Part shown: positions 10,057 through 19,123 of the stretch, piece by piece
How the letters are laid out: each line of letters opens with the position of its first letter
How positions within the stretch are numbered: the first letter of the stretch is position 1
Origin: Nitrospinota bacterium
GTDB lineage: Bacteria; Nitrospinota; Nitrospinia; Nitrospinales; VA-1
Reading direction: 5' to 3'
DNA length: 64,000 nt
Assembly: GCA_009873655.1 (NCBI GenBank)
Contig: WAIB01000004.1
Span: 10,939-74,938, forward strand
The notes under the pieces: model-generated
Databases searched by the model: none
Seen by the model: the letters and a program-made list of their open reading frames with translations, nothing else
What the model was told of the DNA's origin: nothing
Translations under genes and position numbers: made by a program

Positions 10057-10811
10057 TTTTTCTTTGCCGGACGGGTGGATTTGGGTTCATCGGCCACAAG
10101 TTTTTTAAGCGCCTTGACTTCTTTGGGACTCAAAAACCGGCAAGCTCCCAATGGAAGCCCTGTCAAATTCAATCCGCCAAAATGGGTGCGCTGCAATTTA
10201 ATTACCGGGTGCCCTATATGCTCACAAACTTTTTTAATATGCCTGTTTTTGCCTTCAACAAGCGTCATAATCAAAAAACAGTTTTTCCCGCTGGTTTTCT
10301 GGATTTTGGCATCAATGGGTTTGAATTTCTCGTCTTTGATATGGACTCCCCGCATCAATCGCTTCAGGGTTTTTTCATTGGGGATTCCTGAAACTTTTAC
10401 TTTATAGGTTCGTTCAACCTTGTACTTCGGCAACAAAAGTTTTTTGGCCAACGAACCGTTATTCGTAAAAAGCAATACACCTTGCGTATTGTAATCAAGA
10501 CGACCCACTGGAAAAACCCTTGCTTTTGTCACCTTCACATATTCCATGACCGTTGTTCTTCCGCGCTTATCGTCCGCCATCGTTGTGAGGCACCCAGTGG
10601 GTTTATTTAAAACGATATAAACCTCATCCTGTTTTTTCGGAATCAGCTTTCCCGAAACTTTTATCCGGTCTTCCCGCGGATCAGCCAGCGAACCCAGTTG
10701 CGTCACCACCTTGTTATTGACCTGGACCTTTCCCTCTAAAATCCACCTTTCCGCTTCCCTTCGGGAGGCAAGACCAGCGTCAGCAATTATTTTTTGTAAA
10801 CGAATTTCCAT
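10053..10811 (-). CDS. rluB: Pseudouridine synthase, RsuA/RluB family (S4 domain plus catalytic domain)
   Basis: The N-terminal S4 motif is RLQKIIADAGLASRREAERWI. The catalytic motif GRLDYNTQGVLLFTNNG is present and the C-terminus is Lys-rich. Confidence 0.8.
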   Translation of the reverse strand: MEIRLQKIIADAGLASRREAERWILEGKVQVNNKVVTQLGSLADPREDRIKVSGKLIPKKQDEVYIVLNKPTGCLTTMADDKRGRTTVMEYVKVTKARVFPVGRLDYNTQGVLLFTNNGSLAKKLLLPKYKVERTYKVKVSGIPNEKTLKRLMRGVHIKDEKFKPIDAKIQKTSGKNCFLIMTLVEGKNRHIKKVCEHIGHPVIKLQRTHFGGLNLTGLPLGACRFLSPKEVKALKKLVADEPKSTRPAKKK

Positions 10812-10858
10812 GATGTGAATAACGGATGGTGAATCAAGCGGGAAAAATTTCCAGGATG

Positions 10859-11488
10859 CTATGCGGGTGAAATATCTTCCTGATCTTCACCTGCTTCAGA
10901 TTCGGAAAGGCCGGTTTCTGCATTGGCAAACTCAATTTGCGCTTGCAGAGGGGGGTCCTCGCCTTCCAGCTCTTCTTTTAAATCTTCCAAAGTCGGCAAA
11001 TCGCTCAAATCTTTCAACCCAAAATATTCCAGAAACTTTTGTGTTGTGCGATACATGATAGGACGCCCGGGAACTTTTTTGCGTCCTGCAGGACCAATCA
11101 CTTTTTTCTCTAACAAGGTTTTGATAACACCACTGGAATCGACCCCTCGAATTTCGTCTACTTCCTGGCGCGTAAGAGGTTGTTTATAAGCGATGATCGA
11201 AAGTGTATCCAGACTGGGTTGGGACAGCCGTGAGGACCTGTCCAGTTTAAGGAACTTGCGAATCCAATCGTTGAATTCATGACGGGTGCACAACTGGTAA
11301 CCATCCGCCACTTCTAAAATCTGAAGATTTCGGGATTGATATTCTTCTTTCAATTCTTCAAGGATCGATTGCAGATCTTTTTTGTCCACTTCGTTGAGGA
11401 AAATCTTTTCAAGCTCCCCTGCATGGACAGGCTGGTCCGCTGCCAACAAAACATTTTCAACAATGGATTTTAATTCGTCTCGCTGCAT
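10859..11488 (-). CDS. scpB: Segregation and condensation protein B (ScpB)
   Basis: Typical ScpB sequence is present (IVENVLLAADQPV..., LDTLSIIAYKQPLTRQEVDEIRGV, GRPIMYRTTQKFLEYFGL). It sits upstream of rluB, as in many bacteria. Confidence 0.85.
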   Translation of the reverse strand: MQRDELKSIVENVLLAADQPVHAGELEKIFLNEVDKKDLQSILEELKEEYQSRNLQILEVADGYQLCTRHEFNDWIRKFLKLDRSSRLSQPSLDTLSIIAYKQPLTRQEVDEIRGVDSSGVIKTLLEKKVIGPAGRKKVPGRPIMYRTTQKFLEYFGLKDLSDLPTLEDLKEELEGEDPPLQAQIEFANAETGLSESEAGEDQEDISPA

Positions 11489-11595
11489 ACTCTTCTTGAA
11501 ATCTTAAATCCCGGATAAAAATTTAAAGTTAAAAGCTGAATAACCTGTTACCGCTTGATGGGCATCGACCCTTTCCCGCCGGCCGTGGCCCGGGG

Positions 11596-12768
11596 TTAGT
11601 GGGATTCGAAATATTTACTCAAGGCCAAACCCTGGGAATGGTAATTGGAATTCAATTCTATTCCGTAAACCCGGTCCGGCCTTTCCACCACCCGTTCAAA
11701 CTTGAGTCGGCAGAAAGTCTGCCCGTGCTCCACCATAAAGGGAACATCATGAGGGCGAACTTCCATGACTGCACGAGTTCCCTGATTTATCAATTCATCC
11801 GTACCATTCCACCCGAAACCGGAATCAAAAAACCCTGCATAATGGGTTCTCAACTCACCGCTGTTCGGCTCGTAGGCGATCATCTCCGCCAGCCAGTCAG
11901 GCCAGATACAGATTTTTTCTTTCGACATCATAATATAAAAACTTTCCGGCTCCAGGATCAACCGGTTCTTTTTTGGCCGATAAATAGGTTCCCAGAATTC
12001 TTCGGCTTTGTAATGGCGAATCTTAGACAGGTCGATGACATTGGAATTGGTCTTGGCCTTGTAGGCCACAATGGAGTCGGGCTGGTCCCCGGAAACATCC
12101 ACCCCCACATAGACTCCCCCTTCCACTTTAACCTGGTCGAAAGGAATGGCAAATCCACTGCGGTCAAACAAAATGGGGTTGTTTTTGTATTTGATCTCCA
12201 GTCCCTGTTTTCCAAGTGTGTGCGAGGTAACATGCGCGACCCGCAACTGGTTCAGCGACAACCCTGCTTTTACTTTTACAGGAAAAGAGCGTGGAATCAC
12301 CTCAAGGAACAACTTTCCGCTATAACCGCGGGGAATTTCATCGAATCGATGACCGCCATCTACAATGACGCGGGTGAACATATCCAAACGGCCCGTTGAA
12401 CTTTTAGGATTGGCCAAACCATAAAATGAAGACGGAAGGTTCAATTCTTCCATTAGAGGAATCAGGTAAATCGCATTCTTTTCTAAAATGCCCCCATTGG
12501 AAATATCAAATTCATAAAGCGATATCTCTTTTAATTTGCTCTCCACCGCCTCGTTTTCAGGCAGGAAACTGCATTGGATTCGGTAGGCCTTGGTTCCTAA
12601 ACGCAAATCCAGGCTCACCGGCTGAATCTGTAAACCTTCAATCGGGGTTTTTGAATGAATCATTCCTTCCTTCAATGCCATTTCTATATACTGGCAGGGA
12701 AGGTAACCGGGCTTGCCTTTCAGGGTGGTCGCAAGGTCCGAATTCTCTATTTCGGTGGTGGATTCCAT
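11596..12768 (-). CDS. 2'-deoxycytidine 5'-triphosphate deaminase, long (about 390 aa, DCD/PF06559-like) form
   Basis: The N-terminal half looks like a dCTP deaminase/dUTPase fold (QPVSLDLRLG..., NPKSSTGRLD). The length matches the double-domain DCD family as I recall it. Confidence 0.6.
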   Translation of the reverse strand: MESTTEIENSDLATTLKGKPGYLPCQYIEMALKEGMIHSKTPIEGLQIQPVSLDLRLGTKAYRIQCSFLPENEAVESKLKEISLYEFDISNGGILEKNAIYLIPLMEELNLPSSFYGLANPKSSTGRLDMFTRVIVDGGHRFDEIPRGYSGKLFLEVIPRSFPVKVKAGLSLNQLRVAHVTSHTLGKQGLEIKYKNNPILFDRSGFAIPFDQVKVEGGVYVGVDVSGDQPDSIVAYKAKTNSNVIDLSKIRHYKAEEFWEPIYRPKKNRLILEPESFYIMMSKEKICIWPDWLAEMIAYEPNSGELRTHYAGFFDSGFGWNGTDELINQGTRAVMEVRPHDVPFMVEHGQTFCRLKFERVVERPDRVYGIELNSNYHSQGLALSKYFESH

Positions 12769-13105
12769 TTATATTTTGATTCGTTGGCTTTCGGTTCAGT
12801 GCAAATAGCTTTTCCGTCAGGCGGTTTGCAAAATCAAAAGAGAGCGGAAAAATCTCGTTGGCAAGAAATAATCACCCCTCCAAACGAAGCTGCCCTGTTG
12901 ACAGGCCGTTTGCGGCTATGATTTAATCGTATTACTCGAAAAAATTCAACCTGATTATTCCCATATTTATCAAAAATGCGTATGAATTGAGCGGGTCGAG
13001 CCGCGAACCCGATTCCTGGCATTCAGGCAGGGAATAAATTATGCTTGGCAGCGATCTTTACCAGACGGGTTATCAACAATGTTTATAGGGTTATAGAAAC
13101 AAATT

Positions 13106-15076
13106 ATGGATTCAAAACAGAAAAAAACCGAATCGACCAATTTATTTAAAAATTCCATCATAACGATTTCCGGGCTTGCAGTCGTAGGAGCGGGGCTCTG
13201 GGCCCTTATGTATTATTCCGCACCCCCCAGCAAACTCGAACCCTATGAAACTTACAAGGAATCGCAGAAAAACCCGAAAGCGGAAGCAAAAAAACAAGAA
13301 CCCCGCCAGGATATCGCAAAAGCACAGGAAAAAGCCTCGACCGCGAAAACGGATTTGGGAAACCTGGTAAAAACAGCGACCTCCACTCCCTCGCCCCAAT
13401 CGAAGCTTCCTCGAAAAACACTGGAACATATTCAGAAAGGCATGGAACTCACTGAGAAAGGGGAATACAACGCCGGCAATATGGAATTTGAAAAAGCCTC
13501 TGAAATAAGCCCTGGCTCATCAGACCTCTACTCCATCTGGGGTGCCGCATTGAGGATGGCTAAAAAATTCAAGGGGGCAAATAAAAGGTTCGCACGCGCA
13601 CATGAAATTTCACCCAACGACAGCGAAATTACTTTTAACTGGGGAATGTCGCAACTGGAAGGAGACGTTCCTGATGACGCCATCCGGCTGTTCCAGAAAA
13701 CCGTCGAATTGGACCCCAAAAATCTGATGGCCTACAACCTGCTGGGCAAATCATACGGGCGGATAAAAATGTACGACCAGGAAGTCACCGCCTACCAAAA
13801 AGCCATTGAAATTGATCCTGATTTTGCTTTGGCGCATTTCAACCTGGGCATCGTTCTGGGTATTCAGAAAAAATTCGAATCGGCAGCGCCGCATTTTTTA
13901 AAAGCGATCGAGCTGGATAAGCAATATGAGAAGCCTTTCGTTGTCCAGATGCTGACCGCCCTGGGCAAATACGATCCCTCGGCGGGAAAACCCATAAACC
14001 AGCCCAAGCCGGCAAAATCAACGGAACCGGAAAAAGAACCTGAGCCGGTTGTGGAAGAAGCCAAAGCCACAACTCCTGCTATAGAGCAGAAAGATGAAAA
14101 GAAAACCGAAGGTTCCGACCATAAAATGGAAGGCTCCAAAAAAGTAAACGAGACCACCAACGTCAAAGGTAAAATTCTTATTAACGGCAAACCGCCCAGC
14201 CCCAATACCCTGGTCTTCCTCGAAACAAAAACAAAAATGCGGGTAAAAGACCAGAAAAAAGGGCAATCCATCACTATCAACCAGAGTGGACTGAATTTTC
14301 AGCCGCGTCATTCCATCGTTCAAGTCGGTGCGACGATCACTTTCGCCAACCACGACAAAGAAGTGCACAATATTTATTCCAAATCCCAGGGCAACCAGTT
14401 CAACCTGGGTGCCATGGCTGCCGGTTCCTTCAAATCCATCGAGGTCAACAAAGCCGGACCGATCGTATTGCGCTGTAACATGCATAAGGACATGATCGGG
14501 ACCCTGTTCGTTGTCCCCAATGGGTATTACACGCAGCCCAACGCAAAGGGGGTATATGAATTCAAGAACGTTAAAAGCGAAGGCTATATCATGCAGGTCT
14601 GGGCACCTATGCTGAGCCCCGATGAAGTTCATGCAAATATCCGTTCGGCAGACCTTACGGGTGTGGACCAGACTTTCGATTTTGATATCAAGTCGGCTTC
14701 CGTCCGCGGGGAAATTCATGACATGACCGACCCCACCGACTACAACGCTATCGTAGACAATATTGAAAAGGAAATGTTCCAGGCCATCGAAGACTGGAAA
14801 AACGGGAAAAAATTCATTTCACGAAAACGAATGCTGATGGCCATCACCAAACATTTCGATGGCGAAGGTTTGAAAGACGCCATCGCAAAAAGTTTCAGTT
14901 CCAAACGCAGCGTCCTCTTAGAACAAAAGCTGGACAAAATCCGCAAAGAAATCTCTGGCTACGGCAAATCCGATGAACCGGTTACGGAAGCCTCACTGAA
15001 AAGCCAGGCCGAGTTCGCTGTTTCTCAACTCCGTTTGAATGTAAAAGAACTAGCCGCTAGGCGCGGGGCCGACTAG
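13106..15076 (+). CDS. Membrane-anchored TPR repeat / cupredoxin-domain fusion protein
   Basis: It has one TM helix (residues about 18-37), a Lys/Glu-rich linker and TPR repeats (about 105-290). A Pro/Glu/Lys linker follows, then a cupredoxin-like domain with FANHDKEVHNIYS ... RCNMHKDM (His421, Cys457, His460, Met463). Confidence 0.6.
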   Translation: MDSKQKKTESTNLFKNSIITISGLAVVGAGLWALMYYSAPPSKLEPYETYKESQKNPKAEAKKQEPRQDIAKAQEKASTAKTDLGNLVKTATSTPSPQSKLPRKTLEHIQKGMELTEKGEYNAGNMEFEKASEISPGSSDLYSIWGAALRMAKKFKGANKRFARAHEISPNDSEITFNWGMSQLEGDVPDDAIRLFQKTVELDPKNLMAYNLLGKSYGRIKMYDQEVTAYQKAIEIDPDFALAHFNLGIVLGIQKKFESAAPHFLKAIELDKQYEKPFVVQMLTALGKYDPSAGKPINQPKPAKSTEPEKEPEPVVEEAKATTPAIEQKDEKKTEGSDHKMEGSKKVNETTNVKGKILINGKPPSPNTLVFLETKTKMRVKDQKKGQSITINQSGLNFQPRHSIVQVGATITFANHDKEVHNIYSKSQGNQFNLGAMAAGSFKSIEVNKAGPIVLRCNMHKDMIGTLFVVPNGYYTQPNAKGVYEFKNVKSEGYIMQVWAPMLSPDEVHANIRSADLTGVDQTFDFDIKSASVRGEIHDMTDPTDYNAIVDNIEKEMFQAIEDWKNGKKFISRKRMLMAITKHFDGEGLKDAIAKSFSSKRSVLLEQKLDKIRKEISGYGKSDEPVTEASLKSQAEFAVSQLRLNVKELAARRGAD

Positions 15077-15269
15077 AAACCAAGCCCGCATCCAACCCGC
15101 CCCCTAACGGGGGAGGCAACCAGCAATATCATTTTCTGCAAACAAAATTCGTCTCGGCTGAAAACTCAAGAAAGGGCTGGGGCGGCGGCAATATAAAAAA
15201 CCACGAATCAATGTTTTTTGCATTTAAAAAAAATATTACGCACAACCCTTCGGATGATATATTTACGCG

Positions 15270-16697
15270 ATGAGTTTAAAAATATTCAACACGATGAGCG
15301 GTAAGAAGGAAGACTTCGTACCGCAAAAAGAAAACCATGTCGGCATGTATGTCTGCGGCGTCACCGTCTACGACTATTGCCACGTGGGGCACGCCCGTGC
15401 CGCCATTGTCTTTGACACCCTCTACCGCTACCTGAAATACATTGGCAATGAGGTAAACTTCATTCGCAACTTCACGGACATTGACGACAAAATCATCAAC
15501 CGCGCCAATGAAGAGGGTGTGGAGTGGCAGGAAATCAACCGCAAATACATCGAAGCCTTTCATGAGGACATGGGGAAACTGAACATCGCTTCGCCTACTG
15601 TCGAACCGAAGGCAACCGACCACATCCCGGAAATGCTGGAGATGATTCAATCCCTTGTGGACCAGGAAAAGGCTTACGAGTCGCAGGGCGATGTTTTTTA
15701 CTCCATAAAAACTTTCAAAGACTACGGTTGTTTATCGGGAAAAAACATTGAAGATTTGAAATCAGGAGCCCGGGTCGAAGTCAACGAGGTCAAACAGGAC
15801 CCGTTGGATTTCGCGTTATGGAAAAAGAGCAAACCGGGTGAGCCTTCCTGGGAAAGCCCCTGGGGACCCGGCCGGCCGGGTTGGCATATCGAATGTTCGG
15901 CAATGAGCAAGAGGTACCTCGGCGACACTTTTGATATTCACGGGGGCGGTAAGGACCTGGTTTTCCCCCATCACGAAAATGAAATTGCCCAGTCCTGCGG
16001 CTGCACCGGCAAACAACCGGTTCGTTATTGGGTCCATAATGGTTTCGTAAACATTGACAAGGAGAAGATGTCTAAATCCCTTGGAAACTTTTTCACCCTT
16101 CGCGATATTTACAAAAAATACCACCCGGAAGTATTGCGGCTGTTTCTGATCAGCAGCCAATACCGCAGTCCTATCGATTTTTCGGAAAAAAACCTTGAAG
16201 ACGCGACCAAGGTAATGAGCCGGTTTTATGAAGGCCTTGCGGGAGCCAATGAAAAACTTAAAAAAATGGATATAAATTCCATTTCAGAGTTGGATGAAAA
16301 AGTCAAAGGACACCCCCTGACGAAAAGTTTCGAGGCGGCCATGAACGACGATTTGAACACCGCAGTGGTAATGGCGCACCTCAATGAGGGATTGAGGCAT
16401 CTGAACTCGGCCTCCATTAATGAAGAATTTGCGATTACCGCCCAGGCCTGGATCAATTCAGCCAAAGTCCTCGGTCTATTCGCCAGCAGCCCTGAAAAAT
16501 TCGAGGAAGAGTTATTCGCGATCAAAAGTAAAAACCTGAATATCGATGTTGAAAAAATTGAGAAATTAATCGCCGACCGCAATACCGCACGCAAATCCAA
16601 AAACTGGTCCGAGGCCGACCGGTGCAGGGATGAGCTGACCGCAATCGGGGTCCTTATCACCGATACCCCTCATGGAACTGAATGGAAGATCAAATAG
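15270..16697 (+). CDS. cysS: Cysteine--tRNA ligase
   Basis: It has the class-I HIGH-type motif (CHVGHARA), KMSKS, and the zinc ligands typical of CysRS (CGVTVYD..., HIECSAM). Confidence 0.95.
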   Translation: MSLKIFNTMSGKKEDFVPQKENHVGMYVCGVTVYDYCHVGHARAAIVFDTLYRYLKYIGNEVNFIRNFTDIDDKIINRANEEGVEWQEINRKYIEAFHEDMGKLNIASPTVEPKATDHIPEMLEMIQSLVDQEKAYESQGDVFYSIKTFKDYGCLSGKNIEDLKSGARVEVNEVKQDPLDFALWKKSKPGEPSWESPWGPGRPGWHIECSAMSKRYLGDTFDIHGGGKDLVFPHHENEIAQSCGCTGKQPVRYWVHNGFVNIDKEKMSKSLGNFFTLRDIYKKYHPEVLRLFLISSQYRSPIDFSEKNLEDATKVMSRFYEGLAGANEKLKKMDINSISELDEKVKGHPLTKSFEAAMNDDLNTAVVMAHLNEGLRHLNSASINEEFAITAQAWINSAKVLGLFASSPEKFEEELFAIKSKNLNIDVEKIEKLIADRNTARKSKNWSEADRCRDELTAIGVLITDTPHGTEWKIK

Positions 16698-18187
16698 GCG
16701 AAAAACTCCCGGATTCCTATTTAAAGCTAACCCGTGTCTTCAACCAATTCGAAGTTCGTGAAGAAGACCACACCCTTCGCATTCCTGAAAAAGTAATTCG
16801 TTGCATCTGGAACGACCAGTTGTTTTGCACTCCAAGACTTAAAACCCAAGATGGTCGAAGCCTGGAAATCATCTATCCCGGTCACTGGAGTTTTGGAAAA
16901 GGACCGGACTTCACCAACGCCACCATTAAAGTCGATGGAAAAATCTACGAAGGCGATGTGGAGTTGCATGTTTATGCCACCGACTGGGATCACCACGGTC
17001 ATTCCACCAACCCGGATTTCGACAATGTGATTCTGCATGTCTACATGTGGCAAGGCAGAGGGATAAAACATTCTAAAATTAATTTAAAAAAGAACCCCGC
17101 ATTTGATTTTGAGATAAAAGATTATTTGACCCAGGGGCTTCTCGACCTGAACAACCAGCTGGATTTCGAAACCTACCCGGTTCTCAATCAATGCAATGTG
17201 GGGCTTTGCCATGAACCGCTTTCCGGTTTACCTGAGGAACAACTCCTTCACCTTTTAAATACTGCAGGTGAAGCGCGGATCCTCAAAAAACAGGAACGAT
17301 TCCACGATCCCATCATCGTTGACGGTTACGAACAAACCTTTTACCGCGGCGTGGCTGAAGCACTGGGATATCCCGATAATAAAAAACCGTTCCAGGTTCT
17401 TGCCGACCACCTGCCTCTTTCCACTTTAAAGGATTCGGTTCCCGAAGAATTCAAAGACGAAGAAAGGGTTCTTCACTACCAGGCCATCCTTTTAGGTGCC
17501 TCAGGCCTGATGGAAAGCCAAAGCTGGAAAGAAATTTCAGCTTTACGCAAATGGGTAAAAATTTGGGATGGTTATAAAGACTCGCTGCCGGAATCTCCGT
17601 TAACGAAAAAGCACTGGAGCTTTCGTTCCATCCGTCCGGCCAATTATCCCTACCGAAGAATTGCCGGGCTGGCCCATTTACTGGTATTCCATGAAAAGAA
17701 GGGAATGTTCGCCGATTTTGTCCACCAGGTATCTCAATTAGAAACAGAAAATGTTCCGCGAAAACAGATAGATTCTTTTTTTAAATTTTTCTGTGTGGAC
17801 GCAAAAGATTACTGGTCTCAGCACTACACCCCCGGCGGTAAAAAACTCACTGCCTCCCAGCAACTGATCGGGGCCGAGCGATCCCGTGAAATCATTATAA
17901 ATATTGGACTGCCTGTTGGATTTATTTTTGCCAGCGCAGGGAAGTTTCTTGAACTGGAAAAAAGACTGAGTCTAATTTTCCAGACCCGCCGGGGGTCGGG
18001 CGACAATAAGCTGATCCGGTTTATGAAACATTATATTTTTGGTGATCAGAAGGAAAGGACCCGACTGCTTGCATCTGAAAAACATATGCATGGATTGATG
18101 CAGATCTACCAGGATTTTTGCACCCAAAGCCAAAATAACTGCCTCCGCTGCCCATTTCCGGAGGTCGTGACCAATTATTTCCCCTAA
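16682..18187 (+). CDS. DUF2851 family protein
   Basis: The N-terminal region (IWNDQLF...LEIIYPGHWSFGKGPDFTNATIKVDG...GDVELHVYATDWDHHGH...NVILHVY) matches the DUF2851 pattern as I recall it. It overlaps cysS by 16 nt. Confidence 0.6.
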   Translation: MEDQIGEKLPDSYLKLTRVFNQFEVREEDHTLRIPEKVIRCIWNDQLFCTPRLKTQDGRSLEIIYPGHWSFGKGPDFTNATIKVDGKIYEGDVELHVYATDWDHHGHSTNPDFDNVILHVYMWQGRGIKHSKINLKKNPAFDFEIKDYLTQGLLDLNNQLDFETYPVLNQCNVGLCHEPLSGLPEEQLLHLLNTAGEARILKKQERFHDPIIVDGYEQTFYRGVAEALGYPDNKKPFQVLADHLPLSTLKDSVPEEFKDEERVLHYQAILLGASGLMESQSWKEISALRKWVKIWDGYKDSLPESPLTKKHWSFRSIRPANYPYRRIAGLAHLLVFHEKKGMFADFVHQVSQLETENVPRKQIDSFFKFFCVDAKDYWSQHYTPGGKKLTASQQLIGAERSREIIINIGLPVGFIFASAGKFLELEKRLSLIFQTRRGSGDNKLIRFMKHYIFGDQKERTRLLASEKHMHGLMQIYQDFCTQSQNNCLRCPFPEVVTNYFP

Positions 18188-18319
18188 AAAGCCTAAAATT
18201 AACGCATTCCCATTGCGCATTGGGTCAAATTCCCGTAAAATTTCTCTCCCCCTTGATTCTATGGATAAATCAAGATAAAGTTAAATTTCCCCTTTTTATA
18301 TAAGGAATTACTTTAATAT

Positions 18320-19123
18320 ATGGATCATCTGGACGAACTTGAAAATCAAAGCATTTATATCCTTCGCGAGGCATATAAAAATTTCAAAAACCTTGCCATG
18401 CTCTGGTCCATTGGTAAGGACTCTACGATCATGCTATGGCTTGCGCGAAAAGCCTTTTTCGGGCATGTTCCCATTCCCCTGGTGCATATAGACACCACTT
18501 TTAAAATTCCGGCAATGATCGAATACCGCGATCATTATGCGAAGGAATGGAATCTGAATCTGGTGGTGGGAACAAACCAGAAAGCCCTTGATGAGGGTAT
18601 GAACCATGAGAAGGGACGGATCGTTTGCTGTGAAGCCTTGAAAACCCAGGGTTTGCAATTAGTAATGGAAGAGCAGGGTTATACCGGACTCATTCTTGGC
18701 ATTCGTCGAGACGAAGAAGGAACACGAGCCAAAGAACGTTATTTCTCGCCAAGGGATAAAAACTTTGAGTGGAATTTTAAAGACCAGCCGCCGGAGTTAT
18801 GGGACCAATATAAAACCACATTCTCGGAAGACACCCATATTCGCATTCATCCCATCCTGCATTGGACAGAACTGAATGTATGGGAATATATTTTGCGGGA
18901 AAAAATCCCTATCATCGATCTCTATTTTGCTACCCCGGAAGGAAAACGGTATCGATCTTTAGGCTGTGCGCCTTGCACAGGGTCCATAGATTCCACCGCA
19001 AAAAATGTCGAAGAAATAGTTGAAGAATTGAAAAACGCAAAAACAGCAGAGCGCTCCGGCAGAGCACAGGACCAGGAAAACACCTATGCCATGCAGAAAC
19101 TGCGAGCCCGAGGGTATATGTAA
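18320..19123 (+). CDS. cysD: Sulfate adenylyltransferase subunit 2
   Basis: It has the PAPS-reductase/ATP-PPase fold motif SIGKDS and typical CysD sequence ([26 protein letters not shown]). It lies immediately upstream of cysN. Confidence 0.9.
   Translation: MDHLDELENQSIYILREAYKNFKNLAMLWSIGKDSTIMLWLARKAFFGHVPIPLVHIDTTFKIPAMIEYRDHYAKEWNLNLVVGTNQKALDEGMNHEKGRIVCCEALKTQGLQLVMEEQGYTGLILGIRRDEEGTRAKERYFSPRDKNFEWNFKDQPPELWDQYKTTFSEDTHIRIHPILHWTELNVWEYILREKIPIIDLYFATPEGKRYRSLGCAPCTGSIDSTAKNVEEIVEELKNAKTAERSGRAQDQENTYAMQKLRARGYM

Noticed and set aside
11599-12399. Long ORFs antisense to well-supported genes: 11599-12399 (+), 14018-14719 (-), 40953-41486 (+), 42340-42816 (+), 44059-44661 (+), 47356-47847 (-) and 62564-63097 (+).
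   Set aside because: Each lies wholly inside, and opposite to, a gene with clear family motifs (dcd-like, TPR-cupredoxin, SPOUT, rimM, ffh, moaB, DHS). Their translations are low-complexity or Arg/Gly/Phe-rich with no recognisable motifs. They are typical shadow ORFs.
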